A stretch of DNA of 40,584 nt. Source: Phoronis australis. Taxonomy: Eukaryota; Animalia; Phoronida. Numbering within the stretch: position 1 is the first letter of the stretch; each line of letters starts with the position of its first letter. This document shows, piece by piece, positions 23,598-34,001 of this stretch. Both the position numbers and the translations under genes were made by a program. The notes beneath the pieces were generated by a model. The model searched no databases and was not told the DNA's origin. It worked only from the letters and a program-made list of their open reading frames with translations. The stretch spans positions 1-40,584 of the forward strand of contig NMRA01000888.1 in assembly GCA_002633005.1 (NCBI GenBank), read 5' to 3'.

Positions 23598-23812
23598 ATA
23601 GAAAAGATCTTTTCAAATGGGGCCAGAGAGGTGGTCTTTCCCAACGGCACAAGACGCGAGATCTCGTCTGACGGGCTATCTGTCATCGTCTCGTTCTTCA
23701 ACGGCGACATAAAGCAAGTCATGCCTGATCAACGAGTGGTGTATTACTACGCTGATGCGCAGACTACTCACACCACGTATCCCGACGGTCTTGAAATCCT
23801 ACAATTCCCAAA
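23598..23812 (+). CDS. CENPJ: CENPJ exon 17 (TCP/G-box domain)
   Basis: TTTTAG|ATA ... AA|GTGAGT. FPNGT...[39 protein letters not shown]. Confidence 0.96.
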
Positions 23813-25185
23813 GTGAGTATAAATCTTCCCAGACGTGCAGCAATGGAGGGCTTGTTGTGTTAAAGATGACAATGTGTTGAAGTTAATCTTTCAATTCAAT
23901 TGAAGTTATTAAATTATACTTTTTGAAACAATTTTAACCCCAACCAATTTTTTAGAATGGAATGCCCAAATGACGCTCTTTGAACCCAATATGGATACTT
24001 GTAACAAACACTATTTAAAATAGAATATTTGAATAAGCACTATGCACTTTAGAATTTGTTCTTAATGGCCAGTGAAATTGAATGACACCAAACCACAATT
24101 TTTTAGAAAATTGATTGTAAGACCCAAATACCTACAGCGTCCAATGTCAAGAAAATGCTGACTCTCACTTGGCGAGTTGCGTAAAATCTGGGCTCGCCAT
24201 TTCGGATTTGAGGTCTCCAATTTTTTAGTACTACAAATGTCCGAAAGGTGTCGCTTGCGATGCGCCAGATTGTGATGCCAACAGTCCAACACGGTGCGTG
24301 ATCTATGGTTAGGTCACACCAACAGCAAAGAAACACAACTGTTGTGGTGAGAAAATTGTGCTTCTTAAAGCATTATTACTCAATTGCTAACTTATTATGT
24401 TATAAATAGAAAGTAAGCGTGTGTATCATTCCGTTGTATTCAACACCTTTGTAATCAGTCATGCTGGAGTAAACCACTTTTCTCCAGAAGCATCGTTACA
24501 ATTGAGCGCTTCATCTATGCAGCTCAGCCCCATCTTAATCCTCTGAGCTGCTCGTGTAACTGTGCCAGACACAATCGCGGTGTGACAAGTTGCCAGATTT
24601 CACTCTGTTGCCATAGTACGTCCTCTGTTTTTCTTGTACAAATGCCATCCTCACTACTAAACATCTATCGTATTATGTAGATCTGTACTTACACCGTATA
24701 TACACAATCCACACAGAACCGCAGATGTAGGTCCTAGCCATCTTTCCTGAAACAGGAGGTTCAGTCGCTGTCTTGTCACTGAAATGGACTGATCAAAGTT
24801 CTGAAAAATGGCCACACTACAGATGTGCTTGCTCATGTCCGCGGTAACTAAATAGACACCTTGGATAAATCGTTTTCATTCTCTGTTGTACGAGTTTTTT
24901 ATCTAACAATTTAAAGATGAGGGAAGGTAAAAATAATTGGGGACACGTATGATTTTCTCCTGCAAGGCTGTCACCGTCGTCACTAATTTTGCCCTGGGCT
25001 CCACCGCTGGTCATCACCGAGGTTTCGCTCTATCTTCCAAAATGTGTTTGTGTTGAAATTTGACACTTTAGACTTTAAAACGTTTTGCCAACTGGTATTC
25101 ACAGAGTAGACATTGTTAATCGGATTATCCACATTTAAGTGTCAATATAACATCTTCTGAAGGTGTTTCATCAATTCTTTTTCAG

Positions 25186-25381
25186 TGGCCAAACTGAGAA
25201 GACATACCCAGATGGCACTAAAGAGATCTCATTCCCTGACCACACGATAAAGTACCTCTACATGAATGGCTTGGAGGAGACCTTGTTTCAGGACGGTACT
25301 GTCGTCAAGCTAGACAAGAACGGTGATAAGACGATTGAGTTCCCCAACGGACAGAGAGAAGTGCATACAGCTCAGTATAAG
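25186..25381 (+). CDS. CENPJ: CENPJ exon 18 (TCP domain)
   Basis: TTTCAG|TGG ... AAG|[23 protein letters not shown]...[10 protein letters not shown]. Confidence 0.96.
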
Positions 25382-25752
25382 GTATCTGATCGAGACGTTT
25401 TTGTGTGTTTGGTCTATTAAAATTCAATATGCCTCTTAAGTCAGTGGCACACTTTGTGACATGACAAAGTACAAGGTATATGATCAAGTCATTTTTATGT
25501 GTTTGGTCTAATGAAATTCAATATTACCTGTTAATCCAGTCGCACACTTCATGATATGACATGACATAGTACAAGGTATCTGATCAAGAGGTTTTTGTGT
25601 GTCTGGTCTAATGAAATTCAATATGCCTCTTAAGCCAGTCGCACACTTCATGACATCACATGATAGTAAAGGGTATCTGATCAAGACGTTTTTCTGTAAC
25701 TGGTCTATGGAAGTTCAATAACTTGCTTAAGCCAGCCGCTGACTTCATGACA
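25376..25752 (+). repeat. About 97-bp tandem repeat x4 starting at the exon 18 donor
   Basis: GTATMTGATCRAG recurs with GT at 25382, 25476, 25576 and 25673. Confidence 0.9.
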
Positions 25753-26278
25753 CCATGTCGCTCATGAGTTGAAATGAGTCATATCACAAAGTTTACGGTT
25801 GGCTTTACAAATACAAAAAGCAGGGTGTTTCTATTGGAATATTTGTGCAGCCTTGTACTTTCATCTTGATTCTGTCCATGCAGCTGGTGCAGGGCGCGAG
25901 AGCATTTACAGTAGAAGAAGAATCGATAGCCTGTTAAAAGCTGCTAGAAACCATGTTCTGGTGTTCAACAAACAACTGTCTTCGAAGGCGGGTTTGCTCG
26001 TCCGAAACAACTGAAATCAGTTACAAAACAGTAAAACGCCTGAAAACTCCGTGACAGATACACTGCTTTGGCAGCTGAAACCAACCCACCATGACGAGCA
26101 GTCGTATTGAGTCCATGGTTGAGTGATTTACGGCGGATAATTTTCGATACAAAACTCGTTCATGAAAACATCTGACAATTTTCAACGTACTTCATATTCA
26201 CATCATCGCTATTTGTTGTGTTTCTAACTAATTTGACCAAGCAATCACAAAAATGAGGAATTGGCTTGCAAGTTCCAC

Positions 26279-26489
26279 TTTAAAGTTAAAACTGGTCTGC
26301 TGGATTACCTTTTTTGATTTCCTAGATCTTCGGAGACCTCTCGTCTCCTTCGGTGGGATTTTGACTGTGATGAGTCATGGAAACTTTGGTCACGTGGGAT
26401 CTCACAGTCAACATCCCAGCGAAGGATACGAGAGGTCTCCGAAGATCCTGGAAATCAAGGTAATCCAACAGATCAGTCTTAACTTTAAA
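26279..26489. mobile_element. About 210-bp foldback MITE / long hairpin
   Basis: Arms of about 90 bp are highly complementary, e.g. GATCTTCGGAGACCTCTCGT vs ACGAGAGGTCTCCGAAGATC. TTTAAA at both ends. Confidence 0.85.
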
Positions 26490-26641
26490 ATCATGAACAT
26501 TCCTGGATGGCTCAAGAAGTCTGTGAACATTTAGTATATTCCAATAGCTACGCTTATTTTAGTGACTTTCATCTACGGCATTGCTGACATTTTTCAAAGG
26601 CATTGTCTTACGGTTGTTGGCTTGTAAACATCCACCAGCCA

Positions 26642-26780
26642 TTCAGTAGCGCTAGGACCTCGCTGAAAGGCAAGACTTTGTAAGATTACATGAGATATTA
26701 TTGCCATGTATTTTAAGCGAGAACACTTGAATTTGGCTAGATTATAGCGAGGTCATAGCGTAGGTCCTAGCATTACTGAA
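26642..26780. mobile_element. Small MITE
   Basis: TIR TTCAGTAGCGCTAGGACCT / AGGTCCTAGCATTACTGAA. Confidence 0.7.
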
Positions 26781-27393
26781 CTCTACCACATTGGCATCAC
26801 GGGTAACTTGGTGATGTGCAAATAAAATGAAAGAAAACTTGTCAGGATTGAAAGCATGTCACCTCTACAACATGCTTTTTGGTGCGAATACGGCAAATCA
26901 ACCATCATACAAAAGTAAAAGATTGAAAATGAGCCGCAAACTACATTAGATTAGGAAATTTTTGCTCAAAAAAATTTTGAGGCACACACCATCCCGTCAT
27001 GCTGATGTCAAATCTTGCAACATAAAGTGCAAATTATGAACCCGGTGACACGTTCATGAGTTACCTGTGATGTCACCTGACAACCAACCTACAATACATT
27101 GTAAGAAAACCTCTGAATATTTCAGCTATTTAGCACATAATATGGCAGAGAGATGAAATTTATTTTGTCAGATTTCTCAACAAAATTAAAGTTGAAGAAA
27201 ACTAGTCTGTCATTATCTTACAGTGCAGTGTCGATGTCATTAATTAACTTTTAATTAAGTTTCTAATACTTGTACCATAAGTAATCAGTCTTGGAAACTT
27301 GTAAAAAATGGTAATTTTGGCGATTATTTTTTGTATAAAATAAGACAGTGAAGAATGACCATATTTGTCTTAAGTTTCAGTTTCCCATTTCAG

Positions 27394-27525
27394 AGGCGGG
27401 AGTACCCGGACGGCACAGTGAAGACCATCTTCCCTGATGGCAAGCAGGAAACACACTACTCGAACGGGCGAATCAGAATCAAGGATAAGCTGGGTCACGT
27501 TATTGTCGATAAGGTTACAAGGTAG
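27394..27525 (+). CDS. CENPJ: CENPJ exon 19 (terminal coding exon)
   Basis: TTTCAG|[46 protein letters not shown]. Confidence 0.95.
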   Translation, partial: RREYPDGTVKTIFPDGKQETHYSNGRIRIKDKLGHVIVDKVTR

Positions 27526-27680
27526 CACGCTGCACAATGCTAATGCAAGGGGATGGTTATTTAACTGGATATTAAGTCTGAATGTTTCTGAGAAATAACT
27601 GGTTAATTACTGCTCGCATTGTTATTGTTTCTTATCTTGAGACCAGTTTTCTTCATCAGCGTCATTACCGATAGATACAG

Positions 27681-27968
27681 GCGTCTGTTTCATGAAAAGT
27701 GACTTATGGCTTAAGGCAGAGAAACTTGATCTTATGCTCCACATGACTATTTCTCAAAAATAATTTAAGCTCACTTTACCAAAAGAATCTGAGAATATAC
27801 CCATCTTTGATAATTACTTAGAAAATTATTTGTGCAAATTATTTCCGGGCAAATTATTTCCGGGCAATGACTTGCTAATAATTCCATGACTAAACTTTTA
27901 TTTCTTAATTGTTAAGTTGGAGCGCAAGACCAAATTCCTGTCTTAAGTCACTTTCATGAAACAGAGCC
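27681..27968. mobile_element. Harbinger-like MITE in the probable CENPJ 3' UTR
   Basis: TIR TCTGTTTCATGAAAAGTGACTTA / TAAGTCACTTTCATGAAACAGA, with CAG on both sides (27678-27680, 27969-27971). Confidence 0.75.
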
Positions 27969-30147
27969 CAGAGTTCCACAGGTGCTTAGTAGTGAGGATG
28001 TTGGGTGTATTGTTTCTTGTTATGACTTCAGGCATTTGTAGCTATCTTACTGAGTACACCTCAGTCTACTTGAGCATTTTATGAATAACAGCTTTTAACT
28101 TGGTTATTACGCCATGGCCGATGTGTTCTTGGATCATGTTACTGAACAGATACAGGTTTAAAGCACGGTTTATAATATAGTTCATTATTGGTTTTAAACG
28201 CCAATTGGTGACTGTCGTTTTATGCGACTGTAGCTACCATTTGTGCAAGACTCGCGTGCATACCAGAAAATCCAGAGGTCCGTGTCATGGGAGCGACTTA
28301 CACACAAATTTGGACTTATGCCCCCAAATTGAAATAGGTGAATAAAGGTTTAGCCAAGTACTTATGAGGGTGTCACAGTCTAGGAATAGTTCATAGAAAT
28401 TATCTCAGTAACTAAAATTTATGTGTACATTCTCCCAGACATTGTACTTTTGCTCGTGTGAGATTTAATTATTTTTTAGAAATAGTTAACTGAAACGTAA
28501 GACCAAATTTCTGTCTTATGTCTGCTGCCGCTTTTCACGAGACAGACCCTAGGTAGTCAACAAAATTTTTGATATTGTGTGAATCTGTTGTGGTTTCTGT
28601 CGAATCTGTATTGAATGTCGTCTGCTCTCCATTTGTGACCATGTCAACTGTAACAAAGCACTGTGATGAGCTGAGGTTTCCATGGTGATTTTTCAGTTGA
28701 ACAGATCTGAAATTTGTTGTGTTTTGGTATATCGCATCAACTTCTGATTGAAATTTAAAAATTTCTGGAAAAATTGGGAAATCTTATAATTTTTCACTGT
28801 CTTGAAAAATACTGATTTTGGCATGAAGGTGACATGTTATGTGCTAAATGAATTGGCAGCACTAATATTGTCAAACAAATTCCACGCTATTGAGTTTGGG
28901 TATGGTACCCATAGGGCTTGTACATAAAAAACTACAACTTTTATGAAATTAAGTTGCGAAGTGCAACGTGACAAAAGTGACTGACTAAAACCCATTTAAC
29001 AGTACGGTACGAAGCTGTTTTTTAGGTTATATAGAACCTAAAGGACTTGTGGGCGTATTTTTCCAAATTTTCTACAAAACTATAGACTTAAGGTTTACTG
29101 AAAGTAGAAAGTCTGTAGAATTTAATTTTTTACCTGTGCCCATTTGCTATGAATTGGATCATGTGACCATCTTGTTTTAGTGAAACGAAAAATCTACCTC
29201 CATAGCGAAATAACAGTATCAATAACGTGACCAATTTTGTTTGATATAAATGTAGGAGATAAGTCTCAAAACTGCTGTTACAGTTTTCTATATTACCATT
29301 TTGTTTTCGTTTTATGACAGTTTTGAGGTTTTTCATAAAAATAATGAAACTCCTCTTTTTCGATAGCCCCTCATGCAAAAGTGGAAATTTTTAAAATCAA
29401 TTCCTTACATACTTTTTGGATAGCAGCGCATCAACTATAATGTCTGAAAGTTTCATATGACTCCAATCAGCCGTTTCTGAGATATGACGTTCAAAAGATT
29501 GCCCTTAAAGTTGCCCGACTTGATTCTCATTTTTAGCCAGCTAAACAGCAAAGTGCAGCTTGACACTTTTCATAATTTTCTAATGTTGTGTCTGTTGGAA
29601 TTTCCTGTTTCCTCCCTGTGACTGTAGGTCAAGCAAAACAAAGTTACCATTTGTGGTTTGACCGCCCATTTCCACCATGTTGTTTCGATACATTACTATT
29701 GAAAATTATGTAAATTATAGTACAGTTCAAGACAAAAGTAATCCAACAAAATGCCATTTTCCCACGCAAGACTGTTCTGGTGATGAATTCGACTTCCACC
29801 TGGTCGTCATGAGGGGGGAATTCTGGGTCATTTTGTTTGAAAACTTTTGGCTTGTACTGCAAGGCAGCATTAGTCAGACATTCGAAGGAAAATGACTTGT
29901 GCTACATCAAATATATTTGCTGACTTCATGGTGAATTTTGTTACTATGTAAAATCACTACTCTCTGTGATAGTAATCTTGTTGATTTTTACGCCCTTTTC
30001 AAATTGAAGGTACAAACACAAGATCCTGATTTGATTGTTTAGTTGCATGTTTAGCTGTATAAAATTTGTAAATATGTATTTTATGTTACAAGTAATTTTT
30101 AATACTTGTTACCTTTCTTACTCCTGTTATTAGCCTGTTAATTGATC

Positions 30148-30153
30148 AATAAA
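30148..30153 (+). promoter_or_regulatory. Candidate CENPJ polyadenylation signal
   Basis: AATAAA after a U-rich UTR-like stretch. Another AATAAA lies at 28341-28346. Confidence 0.4.
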
Positions 30154-30460
30154 TCTGTTGACAGTAACCGGTGAAGTAGGAGTTGTTCATAGTCATATCA
30201 AGGGATTAAGACATCAAGTTTTGGTTTTAGGAAACAGGTTTGGATAGAAGCACCTTAATTTACTTCATATATCTTTCTTTCAACTGTAATAGTTTTTGGT
30301 CAAGAGCATGACTGGTCTCTGAATATGTTTGACCGGAGATGATGTATTCAACTTATTGTATGAATATCTTGCTGTGTTTTATGCCAGGGAACTTAAAAAT
30401 GGTGACTTTCTCATGTACTCAGCTGTTGATCGCAAATCTGAGAGCTTTACAGCACGACCT

Positions 30461-30514
30461 ATCCATCAATCTGGGGACAGCTTGTCAATCCATCAATCTG
30501 GAGACAGCTTATCA
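30461..30514. repeat. 27-bp tandem duplication
   Basis: ATCCATCAATCTGGRGACAGCTTRTCA x2. Confidence 0.85.
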
Positions 30515-31913
30515 AAAAATTGAAAAAAAAACTGCCTGGGGTTAGTTGAGGCTAATTGTAGTGTAGTTTTTGACAAACATTAGTTTTACTTAAAGTTTAT
30601 AGCTTCATTACGCTTCCTTCATAAGGAAAAGAAACCAATGTGGTGGAGTACGGCCAATTAGCAGTTTTAACTTTTACTCGTGGATTTCACTTTCGCATGG
30701 TGGTGTTTAAAATATAACCATAGCATTTGGTTTGAACCTGAAACTTGAAGAATGTGTCCTGATATTGAGAGAATAGAAAAAAAAGAATTGAGAAATCCAC
30801 CAGTCTGTATTGAATGCTATAAATGCATGTAGAACGTTTTGGGTTAGCCTGCTCCACAGGCTTTAGTGGTTGGATTTAGCAATGGAGTTGTCAGGTAGAA
30901 ACAAGGGGTCCATATTCGTCCAAAAGCAAGAGTTCAATTTTGAACGATAAAATCATAGGTACAAAAATCCAAAGTATTGCAGGGAGGACAACCACCCAGT
31001 ACTAGGTAGGGACTTTACCGACAGATAATGATAGAAAGAGAGATTTCAGCAGAATGTGACTTTTCACATTTATAAACAATGGCACATTAAAGGGGGATTT
31101 CACTGCTGTTTACATGTCAATGTAACTTGTTGAATTGTTATCCAAGACGCTTTGGGTTTGAAAACATTACCATGCTCATCTGATCTTGAACTTTATCTGA
31201 GTCAGCGAGCTACTCCTGTCGCGTGCAATGCTTTCGTGCTTCAGGTTCTGGGAATTCGCAATTTTAGTGTAGGCCAACCTCAGTGAAATCTGAAGCGGTT
31301 TCTTGAGTCGCTGATGGTTTTGATGTTCTTGATGGTAACGGAAACGAAATCCTATCACGGTAAGGAATGTTATGAGACCGGTTTTATGAGCTTAAATGGA
31401 ATGATTCATTTTTCAGTTTTGGTAGCTAAATTTTGCGGACAATGTATTTATTAGCATATTTCATCTATGCAAACTTGGGCGTGGTGAGTAGCTTCAGTTT
31501 CATACTTAGTGCTCGCGAGAAGTGCACGTGCTGTGAACTTTGCGTTGGTCCTTGGCTTTGTCGTAAAACACAATCGAATTTGAACATTGAAAATGGTATT
31601 TTTGTGGTTAATTCAAGATCACGCGAACAGAAAGTAGATTCATATTTTGCAGTTTAACTAGGACACGTGCTTGTCCCGGTCCAAACACCCCGCATTCTGC
31701 AGTGTTGACATCCCAGTCTGCAATTCGATAATAAGGTTCTGCATAAAAATGGTGAATCTGACAAACGAGCCACCAAGGCGGATGCAATGTCATCGTTATC
31801 GAAACTAACTTATTTCGGTCAGAATTTACTTTCATACTCGGTGGCATGTGTAAGTTCTATAAGCTTACTTCATGGATCATGAACACATCCATTCTTTGGT
31901 TTCAATATTTTTG

Positions 31914-32639
31914 TCAAGAATTACACTCGTCTTCTGAAGACTCTTCTTCAAAACAACTTGAACTATCCCATGATTCATTTCCTGGTGAGTTCGCTTGATT
32001 CTCAAAGCACCTTGATTCCATGGGTATAAGATTTACATCGCCGTCACTCGTTTCGTTATTTTCCTTTTTCTGATATTGAAGTATTCCGTCGAGCAGTTTA
32101 ATATATCGTATTGCAAGTCTTAGAATTTCATTTTTACTCAGTTTTTTGTCGGGCGGGTGTGTGGGGACGAGCCGGCGTAACTCCGCAAAGGCGCCGTTAA
32201 CATTTTGCTGCCTCCACCTCTCCCGGCTGTTGGTGAAAATGCGGCGCACAATTTTGTGTCCTCCACTTCTCTCTCCGTCATTGTTCACATGCTCGTTTGA
32301 AAAATATGTCGAGTGTGTTGGAAAGAAGTGCCCTTCATTTCCATATCTTGTTTGTATATCATCTACTTCCATTGTTCTCACTGCGGTTGACGATTTTGTA
32401 GACACTGACGGGACACATAGCATGGTTGACGATGTTGTCGCGTTAGAATAGTAGATGTTTCCCTGCGTTTGTGTTGATGGCGGTAAAGAGTCGTCTGCGT
32501 TTTGTGTTGCGACAGACGATGAGACGACGTCTTTGGTTACGGACTCTGCTTGGACGCGATCGGAAATCTTGTTTTCGTTGAAAGTTGTCGACGAAGTAAC
32601 GGTTGATAATTCCGCACTGTTGTCCCCATCTCCAGCCAT
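31914..32639 (-). CDS. TAL1: TAL1/SCL (TAL/LYL family) bHLH transcription factor, 241 aa, single coding exon
   Basis: b[52 protein letters not shown] is diagnostic for the SCL/TAL family. Minus-strand acceptor TTTTTAACAG|CTCAAAATG lies just upstream of the ATG. Confidence 0.95.
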   Translation of the reverse strand: MAGDGDNSAELSTVTSSTTFNENKISDRVQAESVTKDVVSSSVATQNADDSLPPSTQTQGNIYYSNATTSSTMLCVPSVSTKSSTAVRTMEVDDIQTRYGNEGHFFPTHSTYFSNEHVNNDGERSGGHKIVRRIFTNSRERWRQQNVNGAFAELRRLVPTHPPDKKLSKNEILRLAIRYIKLLDGILQYQKKENNETSDGDVNLIPMESRCFENQANSPGNESWDSSSCFEEESSEDECNS

Positions 32640-33087
32640 TTTGAGCTGTTAAAAATTTAAATGTAATCCTTACAAGTTAATAACTGGCTTTGTCTACTTT
32701 TTTGTTATTGTCCAACATTTTTAACTAAGATGAATTTTATGGCACAAGACGTAACTGTTAATTTTAGTTCACTTTCATGAAAAAGAACTATTATCTTACA
32801 CCCTAATGGTGTTGCTGTTCAAGAGGCTATTTAACATCTATCTATTAGCATTAAGATACAAATCAAGCTACACTTAACACTAGCAAAAGGACGAGACGAC
32901 ATTTTGTACTCCAATCACTTCTCTTTCATCGTTAAACTAATTAATATGGAATACTACTAGAACCTAGCATAAACCAAATAACATTTATCAGTCTTTACAG
33001 AGAAACCGCAAATTTTAACCTATATGAACTAGTATATACGCGTGAAAACAGATATTTACATAAAAATTAAATGTTAAAATCAACTAC

Positions 33088-33225
33088 CTGTTAAATCAGC
33101 TTGTTGGCGTTTGGTCCGTGTGCTGTCGCGATGCGTTTATGATGCCTTCTGATCTCATCAGACGTGTGCCAGTCAGTTCCTCAGTTTCAGTGGCTAACGA
33201 CTAGCGCACGTAATTCGTGTTGCAA
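33088..33225 (-). other. TAL1: Probable TAL1 5' leader exon containing a 20-aa uORF (33158..33096)
   Basis: Minus-strand donor AACAG|GTAGTT at 33087 and a TATA-like element at about 33253-33258. The 5' end is estimated. Confidence 0.55.
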
Positions 33226-33229
33226 CGTT

Positions 33230-33360
33230 TAGTGACGTGCTGGGCGCTTAACCTTATAATTGGCGGCGCGTGTCTGAGTTTTATGATAGTCATCTGAGTG
33301 AAGATTCTTTTCTCGAGTATCAGGAAACAGTTTTCTCTTGGTTTGATTAGAACTTCCTGG
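33230..33360 (-). promoter_or_regulatory. Candidate TAL1 core promoter with TATA-like, GATA, E-box and Ets sites
   Basis: CCAATTATAAGG (minus, 33252-33263), TGATAG 33284-33289, CATCTG 33291-33296, CAGGAAA 33321-33327, ACTTCCTG 33352-33359. Locally CpG-rich. Confidence 0.55.
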
Positions 33361-33746
33361 AGCCTGTTTGTGTCTTATAGAAAAAAAATGCAATTGTACA
33401 GTTGGCATAAGTTTTCACGTGCTAAGCTCTTCAGCGGAGTCAGTCAGCATGTCAATAAATGATGCAGACCGCTGTTTAATGTACGATTATTAACAGCATA
33501 ACTTGTCGTGATGTTTGTGTGCGCTTGTTTTGACAGTTCACGACAGGTTCCATTGCTATGATGTAAGCATATGATGTTTTCCTCTGTATACTACCTCCAA
33601 TTGGTTTCTAAATTTAATTTCATGAATCGATACAATTAGTAAACGATAAGTGATCTCTACTTTCGATCATGGTGTGGTTTTCACACTTCGCCTTTCCGCG
33701 TGAAAATAAAGAGAATTGTTAAGAGAAAACTGTAGAACCCGAAGAT

Positions 33747-34001
33747 CAGGACTCGGAATTGTCCTCTTTTAAGAGGATTTTCTCTTTTTTGGTTTCAATT
33801 TCTTCTCATTTAAGTTTCAGTTTCTTTTTTTTGTTTCTTTTTACTATTATTGTGACTTTATTCATGCAAAAACATTTATTTCTGTTAAAATTTACATCAG
33901 AAAAAACAAGACATTTCTATCACACAAGCCTATTTATTTGTGGAACGATACATCACGTGGAAAATTTTTCTCTTTGTCGTCATTGGTCATTCCAAGCCCT
34001 T
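33747..34001. mobile_element. MITE family B copy upstream of TAL1
   Basis: Colinear with 10836-11074, including the shared TATCACACAAGCCTATTTATTTGTGGAAC. Flanks GAAGAT and GAATAT. Confidence 0.75.

Larger units (their letters stand above)
1861..27525 (+). other. CENPJ: CENPJ/CPAP/SAS-4 centriole assembly gene, span of 19 coding exons (about 1333 aa)
   Basis: The exons listed below join through canonical GT-AG sites with consistent phases, 4002 nt including stop. Motifs recalled from vertebrate CPAP occur in order: W..SRAGV.L, ERP..KTFEE.LE.Q.Q, FLRKG.G.ARF, PPTS.LM.K.FP.LK, ELETEIEKF, and TCP-domain F/YP(D/N)G repeats. Confidence 0.95.

Noticed and set aside
31176-31358. 60-aa minus-strand ORF downstream of TAL1
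   Set aside because: No ATG start and no recognisable motif; probably 3' UTR or intergenic.
32146-32652. Plus-strand ORFs over TAL1
   Set aside because: These are antisense shadows of the TAL1 CDS.
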